Source of the DNA: an uncultured bacterium
GTDB taxonomy: Bacteria; Oederibacteriota; Oederibacteriia; Oederibacteriales; Oederibacteriaceae
DNA length: 64,000 nucleotides
Assembly (NCBI GenBank): GCA_965112635.1
Contig: OZ218778.1
Span: 288,001 to 352,000 of the forward strand
Direction of reading: 5' to 3'
This document shows positions 1 to 8,836 of this stretch, piece by piece; position 1 is the stretch's first letter; each line of letters starts with the position of its first letter. The translations under genes and the position numbers were made by a program. Below the pieces are notes generated by a model. The model saw only the letters and a program-made list of their open reading frames with translations. It did not search any database and had not been told where the DNA came from.

Positions 1-687
1 TTTCATGGTTTGGGGGTCCACCAGCATGATGCCGTCCGAGGCATGGTCAAAAATGGCCTTGAACTTGCCTTCCCCCAGGCTCAAGGCTTTGCTGGTCCTG
101 TTCCGCTCGGTGAGGACCATCCTTTGGGCGATAAGAAAACCAATAAAGACGAAGAACCCGACCACCCCAAAGACATTGTTCCGGGCCTGGATGTTTTTTT
201 GCATCGTGGAAACGAACAGCGACCTGATAGTGTTCCTCAAGGTGAAAGCATTTTTGAATACTTCATCGGCCTGCCGGGGACCCGGTTGTTCCAAAGTCCC
301 TGGGGTGGCTGCGCCATATTGGACCGGCGTATCCTGGATCCACAGGGGGGACATACCGGACAGGGTGGCCTCAAAGTTTTTTTGGACTTTTTGCAGGAGC
401 GCCTTGTCCTGGGCGCTGGTAAAACTTTTGAGGGCTGTAGCCAGCAGGCCCTCTAAAGTGCTGGTTTTTTTATCCCACTCGGTTTTTAGTTGCTGGCTGG
501 GATACAGCAGGTACCTGGCCCTCAGGACGATCCTGGCCGAAACCGTGTTGCTCATTTCATCGGCGAGCTGGAGGTTCCGGCTGGCCAGGGTAATATCCCT
601 CAGGGTCCAGGCCAGGGCCAGGAGCATGAGCACGACCCCTCCCGCATATATCCATCCATTGTCTTTCATCCATTTATCCATCCTCAT
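1..687 (-). CDS. Membrane-anchored PAS-domain sensor protein, probably a histidine kinase; runs off the left edge
   Basis: Not in the ORF track. Manual translation from ATG 687 gives MRMDKWMKDNGWIYAGGVVLMLLALAWTL (TM segment) and, at the window edge, the PAS entry motif GEGKFKAIFDHASDGIMLVDPQTMK. Purine-rich RBS upstream. Confidence 0.8.
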   Translation of the reverse strand, partial: MRMDKWMKDNGWIYAGGVVLMLLALAWTLRDITLASRNLQLADEMSNTVSARIVLRARYLLYPSQQLKTEWDKKTSTLEGLLATALKSFTSAQDKALLQKVQKNFEATLSGMSPLWIQDTPVQYGAATPGTLEQPGPRQADEVFKNAFTLRNTIRSLFVSTMQKNIQARNNVFGVVGFFVFIGFLIAQRMVLTERNRTSKALSLGEGKFKAIFDHASDGIMLVDPQTMK

Positions 688-730
688 ATTCCTGTCCCCC
701 TTCCCAAAATAGCCATGACCCTTTGATGCA

Positions 731-2296
731 TCATTGGAATTCTTCCTTACCGGCCATCACCATCTGGAAGGCCTTGGCCTCTTCCCGGCGGCCTAAAGAA
801 ATCAGCGGTTTAACAAAGGAAAAAATGGTCTTTTTTTCACTGGCCGCAGCCAGGGGCAGGCTAAAACTTATGGAATTGTCCCCCTTGGAGGGAAAATCCA
901 CCTTGATTTCGCCCTGATGCGACTCCACGATCCTCTTGGCTATGGCCAGCCCCAGGCCTATGCCCGGGATATCGCCCGCGCCCTCTTTGTCCACCTGATA
1001 AAAAGTGTCAAAGATCTTCTGCCGTTCCTCGCAGGGTATGCCGGGGCCGTTATCGCCCACAGAGAACCTGACCAGGCCTTGCTCCTGCCTGGCCGTGAAA
1101 GTGAGCTTGACTATCTTTTGGTCGTTGAATTTCACGGCGTTCTCAATGAGGTTGCTCAACAGTATCTCCAGCATCACCGGGCTGAGCCGCAGCCCCACCA
1201 TGCTGCCCGGCAGGTCGAATGTGTATTCGATCTCTTTATCCGTATGCTTTTTGAGGATGGCCTTCACGATTCCCTCTATCCGGTCCATATACACAGAGCC
1301 CTCTCCGACACCTTTGCCCCCGTAACGGGCCGCCGTGTCCACATTGACAAAATCCGTTATTTTTTCCATCACCTTTGAAAACTCGGCCAATCTTTTCATC
1401 GTGGCCTCTGCGGAGTCCCTGAGCCGGGTATTTTTCATGGCCACAAAGGCCTCTTTCATCTGGGCCAAATGGCCCAGGCTCAGGTTCAGGGGAGCATGCA
1501 CTTTTTGGGCGATAAGGTTGAGAAAATTTGCTTTCCGGTGCTTTTCTCCCCTCTGTTCCGTCACGTCATGCAAAATGATGACCACGCTGGTTGTCCTGCC
1601 CTGGCTGTCCCTGATCACCCTGGAACTGAAACTAAGTATCAGCGGCCAGTAGGTGGGGAACTCGGGCCGCTCCAGGTCAAAATCAAGGTCGTCAATGACC
1701 AGGTCGGTCTTCAGCTCGCCTTCATAATGGACCTTAAAGGTCTGGTGCAGGCGGTCCAGCCAGTCCGGGGACGGCTCCACAAAGCTCAGCAGCTCCCGGG
1801 CCAGCTGGTTGGACCGGACGATCCTCAGGTCCGCGTCGCAGACGATCAACCCTTCACTGGCCCGCTCAATGACCTTTTCCAGCTTTTTCTTTTCATCCAC
1901 CCGGGAGCGTTCATTGTGGAGCTGGAGGAGCGTCTTGACCTTGGCCAGCACTTCATTGATATCAAAAGGCTTGGAAATAAAATCATCGCATCCCGCCTCT
2001 ATCCCGGAGATCCGGGCGCTGGTTTCGGCCAGCGCCGTGATCATCACCACGGGCAGCGTCTTAGTGCTTTCCGCGGCCCGGATCTTCCGCGTCACCTCGA
2101 AACCATCCATATCCGGCATCATCACGTCCAGCAGGACCAGGTCTATTTTTTCATAGGTGAGTTTCCTTAGGGCCTGCCCCCCGTTTTCCGCGGTGACGAC
2201 CTCGTAACCCTTGGACTTGAACAAAGTGGCCAGGAGCTCCACATTAAGGGGCTCGTCGTCCACCACCAAAATCGTGGTTTTTTCAACTATATTCAT
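731..2296 (-). CDS. Hybrid REC-PAS-HisKA-like-HATPase signalling protein with a degenerate H-box
   Basis: REC motifs ILVVDDE and LLDVMMPDMDG; HATPase NLIENAVKF, DNGPGI, GLGLAI. Start placed at ATG 2296 because it overlaps the upstream stop (ATGA). Confidence 0.9.
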   Translation of the reverse strand: MNIVEKTTILVVDDEPLNVELLATLFKSKGYEVVTAENGGQALRKLTYEKIDLVLLDVMMPDMDGFEVTRKIRAAESTKTLPVVMITALAETSARISGIEAGCDDFISKPFDINEVLAKVKTLLQLHNERSRVDEKKKLEKVIERASEGLIVCDADLRIVRSNQLARELLSFVEPSPDWLDRLHQTFKVHYEGELKTDLVIDDLDFDLERPEFPTYWPLILSFSSRVIRDSQGRTTSVVIILHDVTEQRGEKHRKANFLNLIAQKVHAPLNLSLGHLAQMKEAFVAMKNTRLRDSAEATMKRLAEFSKVMEKITDFVNVDTAARYGGKGVGEGSVYMDRIEGIVKAILKKHTDKEIEYTFDLPGSMVGLRLSPVMLEILLSNLIENAVKFNDQKIVKLTFTARQEQGLVRFSVGDNGPGIPCEERQKIFDTFYQVDKEGAGDIPGIGLGLAIAKRIVESHQGEIKVDFPSKGDNSISFSLPLAAASEKKTIFSFVKPLISLGRREEAKAFQMVMAGKEEFQ

Positions 2297-3768
2297 TGCT
2301 TTTCCTTCTCCTGACAGCAAGTTGCCTCAAAAATACCGGCGAGCATCCGGCCTTTCTCGTCGGCATCTCCCGGCTGGTAGCTTTTGCCCGATACCCCGGA
2401 CCGGCCCACGGGCAGATGGATATAAAAAATGGTCCCCTGTTCCTGGGATGTTTTATAAAAGATATGACCCTTGTGCGCTTCCACGATCTCCCGGCAGATG
2501 GACAGCCCCAGTCCCGCGGCCCGCTCCGCGGTTTTGGTGGTAAAGAACGGCTCAAATATCCTGCCGCGTATCTCCTCCGCGATGCCCGGACCCCTGTCCT
2601 TGACGCTGATTTGGACCTTGTCCTCGCCCAGATGGTCGGCCGCCAGCGAGGTCCTTATTTCTATGATGCCATCCTTTTGAACGAGCGAGATGGCCTGGGC
2701 CGCGTTGTGGATGAGATTAAGGAAGACCTGCTGCATCTTCAGCTCATCGCAGCGGACCGGGGGCAGGTCCAAGGCCGGTTCAAAGACCAGTTTGATGCCG
2801 TGCATGGTCAGGATATTCTGGACGATCTGGATGCTCCGCCTCAGGCAAAGGTTGATGTCCAATGTCTCCAGGCCGGGCTCATTGTTCACGGACAGGCTGA
2901 TGGTCCGCTTGACCATCACCTGGCACTGGGTCCCTTCGCGGATGATGTTGTCCGCGGCTAGCATCCTGCCCTCCGGGCCCAGGTATTCCTGCTGGAATTT
3001 TTCCGCCTCCCGGACCATCAGGGTCAGGGAATCATTGACGCTCTCGGCCATGCCGTGCAGTATTTCCCCCAGGGTGGCCATGCGCTGGGTGCGGTCCAGC
3101 CGGACCTGCGCCATCTTCACTTCCCTGGTCAGCTTCTCGCTGAGCTGGCGGCTGTTCTCGGACTGCTTCCTGAACCCGCGTTCCTGCTCCATCAGGAAGC
3201 TGTAGAAGATGGTCAGGACAAAGATAAAGGGGATGCGTATCAAAAAGGTCGTCTCCATCAGGCTCTGGCTCATGATGCCCGTGGAATGCAGGACCATCAG
3301 CGCGTACACGCCCGAGACGACCCCAGCGATCAGGAGGTTTTCCAGCAGGTTGCGCCCAATGGCCACCATAAAGATAAGGAGGAAATAGGCCAGGTAAAGG
3401 TCGGTATCAAATTTACGGAGCAGGAGGATGGCCAGGGTGATGACAGCCGTGTCAAAAATGAACAGCACCAGGTTTTGCCAGGCCTGGTCAAAACGCGCCA
3501 GCCTGGAAACAGTCACCCAGATATTGGACGCGGCGTAGCAGGTCAGCAGAAGGGCCAGTAGAACCAAGTTCCAAAAATGCATTCCCCGGCCGGCGTAGAT
3601 CATAAAAAGGGTGAGGGTCAGGAGCACCATCCAGCGGAGCATGAGGATGGCCCGCTTGGTACCCTGGCTGCCTTCCTGCTTCACGGTCATGCCTCGGAAC
3701 AACTTAAGGGCCTGTTCACGGGCTCCATACAGGACACCCTTCAGCCGACTTGCCAAAACCTGTTCCAT
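2293..3768 (-). CDS. Multi-TM sensor histidine kinase (NtrB-like HATPase) with a degenerate H-box
   Basis: About 5-6 N-terminal TM helices; QQVFLNLIHNAAQA, DRGPGI, FEPFFTTK, GLGLSI. Confidence 0.88.
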   Translation of the reverse strand: MEQVLASRLKGVLYGAREQALKLFRGMTVKQEGSQGTKRAILMLRWMVLLTLTLFMIYAGRGMHFWNLVLLALLLTCYAASNIWVTVSRLARFDQAWQNLVLFIFDTAVITLAILLLRKFDTDLYLAYFLLIFMVAIGRNLLENLLIAGVVSGVYALMVLHSTGIMSQSLMETTFLIRIPFIFVLTIFYSFLMEQERGFRKQSENSRQLSEKLTREVKMAQVRLDRTQRMATLGEILHGMAESVNDSLTLMVREAEKFQQEYLGPEGRMLAADNIIREGTQCQVMVKRTISLSVNNEPGLETLDINLCLRRSIQIVQNILTMHGIKLVFEPALDLPPVRCDELKMQQVFLNLIHNAAQAISLVQKDGIIEIRTSLAADHLGEDKVQISVKDRGPGIAEEIRGRIFEPFFTTKTAERAAGLGLSICREIVEAHKGHIFYKTSQEQGTIFYIHLPVGRSGVSGKSYQPGDADEKGRMLAGIFEATCCQEKEKQ

Positions 3769-4073
3769 ACTGCCTCCCCCTTCGCATGCGAATGGTTAAC
3801 AACATAGTCAACACTATCATTTGCGGGATAAAGGCAGAAGGAGCCAGGGCTGTAAATACATTGATTTTTAAAGGGTAATTAGCTGTCCTGGAGCAGGAGA
3901 TAATTGGAGTATTGTTGAGAAAAAGCTATTTCATACCTCATTTCAGCAAGTACCCCTTTTTGTCCACTTGATGAAATGAGCCTACCACCCCATTTTCTCT
4001 GTTCAATGTTGTTTCTCTAGTTCAGGGTTCTGACTGGGGAACGGGGAAGGGGGATTGTTAAACAGCTGGTTGC

Positions 4074-6746
4074 TCAGGCATACAGGGCTTTGTGGACCGC
4101 GGCGAGCATGGTTTCGGACTCGTAGGGCTTGCCCAGGAACCGGTAACCCAGCTTGTCCAATTCGGGCAGTTCTATCCTGTCGTCCAGATAGCCGCTGCAG
4201 ACCAGCACCTTGATGCCGGGGTTCTGCCTGCTGACCTCCTCCGCGAGCTGTCTGCCGTCCATGCCTGGCAGGATCATATCCGTAAAAAGCAGGTTGAATT
4301 TTTTCTTTTCTTCTTTAAAAGAGATGAGGGCCTCCTCTGCGTTCTGTGCGGGAAACACAATATAACCATGCTTCTGGAGGATGACCGTGCTCAGGGCCAG
4401 GTTTTCCGGCTGGTCTTCCACCAGCAATATCCTTTCTCCGGTCCCCCGGCCGTACTCCAGCGCTATTTTTTTTGACTCCCTGGGTTCCTCGCTCTTTCTG
4501 GTGTCCATAGGGAGCCACACCTTGAACTCCGTGCCCTGACCCGGCTGGCTGGACACATTGATCCACCCGTTATGCTGTTTCACGATGCCATAGGTGACCG
4601 ACAGCCCCAGTCCCGTGCCCTTGCCACGGGTCTTGGTGGTAAAAAAGGGCTCAAATATTTTTGCCATGGTTATCGGCTCCATACCCTTCCCGTTGTCTTT
4701 GACCGTCAGGCACACGAACTCGCCAACCCGGGCTTCGGATATTTCCAGGGCCTGGCTCTCGCTTAGAGTGCAGTTGCAGGTCTGGATGAGCAATTGGCCG
4801 CCCTGGGTTATGGCATCCCGGGCATTGACGCAAAGGTTCATCAGGACCTGTTCCATCTGGGTCTGGTCGGCGTAGATGGCCTGGAGGCCCTTATCCAGCT
4901 CCAGTTTCAAAGTAACCTTTTCACCCACTGCCTCTTTGAGCATCTTTTCCATATCCTGGACCACTAGATTCAAGGAAAGGGACTTGGGGGACAGGTTTTG
5001 TTTGCGGCTGAACGCCAGCAGCTGACCGGTCAGGGCAGCGGCTTTTTTACCCGCGCCCTTTACTTCCTCCAGATAGGATTGGACAGCATCCCGGTCATCT
5101 TTTTTGATGAGGGCCAGGTCAGAGTAACCGATAATGACATTAAGCAGGTTGTTGAAATCATGGGCAATGCCTCCGGCCATCTCCCCGATAGAGGCCAATT
5201 TTTGGGCCTGCATCAGGCCCTGTTTCAGGAGTTTAAATTCCGTCACATTGGAGGCTATGGTGGAGAAACCGATGGCCTGGCCATTTTGTCCTTGAAGCGG
5301 GGTTATGGTCAAAGCCACCTGGATGGTCTCCCCGTTCTTGCGCAGGTGCTCGGTCTCAAAATGGGCAATTTTATGGCCTGCGTTGAGTTGCTCTGTAAGC
5401 ATCCGCATCTCTTCTTTGCGTTCCGCGGGAACCAGTTGTTCCGCAGACATTCCAATGGCTTCCGCTGGGGAATAACCATAAATCTTTTCCGCACCCCTGT
5501 TCCAGCTCGTGATGAGGTTCGCCAAATCCCTGCTGAATATCGCGTTATCCGAGGATTCCACGATCGTCGCCAGCAGGCGGTCTTTTTCTTCCGCTTTCCG
5601 GCTCTCGGTGATGTCCCTGGAAACGGCGAGTAAACCTATGATCTTTTTGTGTTCCGCCCCTTCCCAGATGGGGGTTTTGACTTCCCAGAACACCCGGCCA
5701 TTCTCCGAGACGACCTCCTCGGTGGTCTGTTCGCCCTGTAAAACCCGGGCCTCAATGGCCTTGATCTGCTCGGCCGCGCCAGTGGGCATCAGTTCGGAGT
5801 CCTGACGGCCTATCAATCCCTCCAGGGAACAGCGGAACAGCTCCAGGGTCGCCTTGTTGCCGTAAACATACCGGGACTGGGCGTCCTTGAAATAGACATA
5901 AACGGGTATCTGGTCCATGATCTCCCGGAAACGCTGGGCTTCGTCCAGAGCCCTGAGCAGTTTCAACTCCTCCTGCTTGCGTTCGGTGATGTCCTCGGAT
6001 ATGCCCAGCAAATATTTCGTGACCCCATCCTCCCCCCGAATGCAAACCTTGCGGGTATGAAGAATCCGTTGGCCTTTCTTGGCTGTCAGGATAAATTCTT
6101 CCGGGATATCCAGCATCCCCGCTTCGCCATCCAGCACCTCACGGTCTTTGCTCATGAAATTGGCCGCCTGTTCAGGAGGGAAAAGGTCCAGGTTATTCCT
6201 GCCCAGCAGGTCTTTGCGGTCATATCCCAGGAGTTCCTCGCCCGCGCGGTTGAATATGACGAAACGCAGGTCTTTGGACTCTTTGAGGAATATCATGAGC
6301 GGAATATTTTCTACGACGGATGCGAAAAGGCTTTTCGATTCCCTCAACTCCCTCTCCGACCGCTTGCGCTCTATGGCATATCTCAATGAACGGATCAGCA
6401 GGGAACCGTCAAATTTCCCTTTAACCAGATAATCTTCCGCGCCCGTATGAAGGGAATCCACAACTAGTGCTTCATCATCCAGCCCGGTGATCACCACCAC
6501 CGCGGTCCCGGGGGCATTGCCCAGGATGCTTTTCAGCGTAGTGATCCCCTGACTGTCCGGCAAATTAAGGTCTAGTATGAGGCCGTCAAACGAACTCTTG
6601 CGTAACTGATCGACCGCGTTATCCAGCGTGCCTACAGTTGATATTTCATACCGGCCGACACCGGCTTTTTTGACCATTTCCTGGATGAGCCGAGCATCGC
6701 CCGGATTGTCCTCGACCAATAATAGTTTTATCTTTGGCTCCTCCAT
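4074..6746 (-). CDS. Hybrid histidine kinase REC-PAS(x3)-HisKA-HATPase-REC
   Basis: [13 protein letters not shown] domain, repeated DITE PAS ends, H-box [16 protein letters not shown] and GTGLGLS, C-terminal REC. Confidence 0.95.
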   Translation of the reverse strand: MEEPKIKLLLVEDNPGDARLIQEMVKKAGVGRYEISTVGTLDNAVDQLRKSSFDGLILDLNLPDSQGITTLKSILGNAPGTAVVVITGLDDEALVVDSLHTGAEDYLVKGKFDGSLLIRSLRYAIERKRSERELRESKSLFASVVENIPLMIFLKESKDLRFVIFNRAGEELLGYDRKDLLGRNNLDLFPPEQAANFMSKDREVLDGEAGMLDIPEEFILTAKKGQRILHTRKVCIRGEDGVTKYLLGISEDITERKQEELKLLRALDEAQRFREIMDQIPVYVYFKDAQSRYVYGNKATLELFRCSLEGLIGRQDSELMPTGAAEQIKAIEARVLQGEQTTEEVVSENGRVFWEVKTPIWEGAEHKKIIGLLAVSRDITESRKAEEKDRLLATIVESSDNAIFSRDLANLITSWNRGAEKIYGYSPAEAIGMSAEQLVPAERKEEMRMLTEQLNAGHKIAHFETEHLRKNGETIQVALTITPLQGQNGQAIGFSTIASNVTEFKLLKQGLMQAQKLASIGEMAGGIAHDFNNLLNVIIGYSDLALIKKDDRDAVQSYLEEVKGAGKKAAALTGQLLAFSRKQNLSPKSLSLNLVVQDMEKMLKEAVGEKVTLKLELDKGLQAIYADQTQMEQVLMNLCVNARDAITQGGQLLIQTCNCTLSESQALEISEARVGEFVCLTVKDNGKGMEPITMAKIFEPFFTTKTRGKGTGLGLSVTYGIVKQHNGWINVSSQPGQGTEFKVWLPMDTRKSEEPRESKKIALEYGRGTGERILLVEDQPENLALSTVILQKHGYIVFPAQNAEEALISFKEEKKKFNLLFTDMILPGMDGRQLAEEVSRQNPGIKVLVCSGYLDDRIELPELDKLGYRFLGKPYESETMLAAVHKALYA

Positions 6747-6759
6747 TTTTTCCTGCGTC

Positions 6760-7209
6760 CTATCCTTGGAGAGGAAGCTTAACCACGGTCAGCCAGAAAT
6801 CCTCTATAATTTTAACCACTTTATAAAACTGATTAAAATCCAAAGGTTTGGTGATATAGGCATTGGCATGAAGATTGTAGCTTTTTATAACATCCTCGTC
6901 CGCCTTGGAAACGGTCAAAACCACCACGGGAATGCTTTTCAAGGCCTCATCGGATTTGACCTCTTTTAGAACTTCCCTGCCGTTCTTCTTGGGGAGATTC
7001 AGGTCAAGCAAGACAATGTCCGGGCGGGATAATTTTTCGTATTTTCCCTGCTTCCTAAGATAAGCCATAGCTTCCACCCCATCCCCTACAACATTCAAAG
7101 CATTCCTTATCTTGGCATCCTTGAACGCCTCCTGGATAAGCCGAATATCACCCGGATTGTCCTCCACCAGCAGTATTTCTATCGGCTTTCCTATATTATT
7201 CATTTCCAT
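6760..7209 (-). CDS. Single-domain response regulator, Rcp1-like
   Basis: [36 protein letters not shown], and C-terminal FWLTVVKLP typical of the Rcp1 family. Confidence 0.93.
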   Translation of the reverse strand: MEMNNIGKPIEILLVEDNPGDIRLIQEAFKDAKIRNALNVVGDGVEAMAYLRKQGKYEKLSRPDIVLLDLNLPKKNGREVLKEVKSDEALKSIPVVVLTVSKADEDVIKSYNLHANAYITKPLDFNQFYKVVKIIEDFWLTVVKLPLQG

Positions 7210-7224
7210 TTTCCCCTCCTCCTA

Positions 7225-8320
7225 TTAATCTTTTAAAGTGAAATAAAAAACTGTGCCCTTTCCATATTCGGACTCATACCATATCTTCCCCCCATTACGC
7301 TCCACGATACGCTTGCAAACAGCCAGGCCCACCCCGTTACCGGGGTACTTGACCCCTGCCAACCGCTGAAATAGGGAAAAAACCCTATCCTTATACTGGG
7401 GTTCTATTCCGATACCATTGTCCTTGATGGAAAAAACAACCTCTTTTCCCTTTTTCCCCGCAGAAAGATGAACACACGGTGCCTGTTCTCCGCAAAACTT
7501 GATGGAGTTGGCAATGAGATTCTGCAAAACCTGAAGAAGCTGGGAGGGGTCGGCCATGACCGCTGGCAAAGGATCTGTGGGTAATGACCGCTTTATTCTC
7601 TAATATGGCCAATTTCAGATTGGCCAGAGCGCCTTTAAGGACCTCCTCGGTATCCACCAGCTCCAGGGGTTTAGCCTGGGACTCTACCCGTGAGAATAAT
7701 AACAGACCGTCAATGAGTCCCTGCATGCGGGTAGCTCCGTCTACGGCGAAATTGATGAATTCATCAGCATCCTGGTCCAGTTTGCCTTTATAGCGTTGCT
7801 CTATCAATTGAAGATAACTTACGACCATCCGGAGCGGCTCCTGCAGGTCGTGGGAGGCGATATTGGCGAACTGCTGGAGGTCTTCATTGCTGCTTTTTAG
7901 TTTTAAGGCATATTTCCTAATCTCCTCTTCCTCTTTGTGCCTGGTGATGTCCTCGATGGCCAGAAGAATGATATGCTCTTTTCCTAATGCTCTCTGAATT
8001 TGCCTTGCATTCAAAAGTAAGATGCGCCGGCCAATGGTGTCAAAATCGTGCTCCACCTCAAAATTGTCAAAGGAGGTCTTTTGAGGAAGGATGTTTTCCA
8101 GCAGTTCCCTTAGCTGGGGAATATTCCACTGTTTGTTACCCAGGTCATAGATTAACTGCCCCACCGTCTCTGCCGGGTTTACCTTAAAAAATTCATAGAA
8201 GGAACGGCTGGCGGAGATGACCCTGAGGTCCTGGTCCAGAACGACCAAGGGTTCGCGAATGGTATTGATAATGCTTTCGGCGTATTCCTGGGATTCTACT
8301 GCTGTTTTTTCGCTAAACAT
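7225..8320 (-). pseudogene. PAS + Cph1-type histidine kinase split by a +1 frameshift near 7576 (possibly a sequencing error)
   Basis: FANIASHDLQEPLRMV lies in ORF 7391..8320 and the HATPase in ORF 7225..7569. Removing one base from ACCCACAGATCCT restores ITHDPLPAVMAD. Confidence 0.85.
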
Positions 8321-8377
8321 TTCTTATCTCCTTGCTGGCTGCCTGGCCGCGTTCCCTGGCCCTTTCAGGCCAAGGCT

Positions 8378-8560
8378 TTACCTATGGAGTGAAAATACTA
8401 CTGAGCTTGTTTTTGCAGGAGTTCGGATTGTAGGATGGTGATGTCTGTGGGTGGTGCGGCTCGAGGTGAAATTATTCTTGCAGGTATGGTTGAGTCCCTC
8501 AAAAATACTTCCCTTGAGGCTGGGACATTTCATATCACAGGTACAGTTATCTTTGGTCAT
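8378..8560 (-). pseudogene. Internally deleted remnant of the Crp/Fnr gene at 12189-12884
   Basis: N-terminus CTCDMKCPSLKGSIFEGLNH matches WTCDAKCPGYKGSIFEGLNH. The 3' DNA ttttgcaggagttcgga (8411) matches the Fnr gene end (12202). Confidence 0.75.
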
Positions 8561-8787
8561 TTTCTACCCCCCCCCCCCCCGAAAAAAAGGGTGGAGGTTT
8601 CTACAATTAAGTTTAATCCTCTTCCTCTGCATTAGGAAGATATAAAAAAATTATCTTTTGCAAATGGATATTGGGCCATTAACCGTCTTAAGAAAGCTGA
8701 GCAATATCAAGGGGTTTGCAACAATAGCGCCCCAAACAAGGGTTTTATTGGGTAACATGGATCATAATTCAAAAATCCTCCTCTACC

Positions 8788-8811
8788 TCCCCCTTTTCTG
8801 TAAAGGGGGAA
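8788..8811. repeat. GC-rich intergenic stem-loop (TCCCCCTTT/AAAGGGGGA), REP-like or terminator
   Basis: Inverted repeat seen just downstream of the 8837 stop codon. Confidence 0.45.
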
Positions 8812-8836
8812 GGGGGATTGTTAAACAGCTGGCTGC

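Noticed and set aside
5-712. Long plus-strand ORFs here and throughout (e.g. 37061..37924, 43217..44032)
   Set aside because: They are antisense shadows of well-supported minus-strand genes and have no recognisable motifs.
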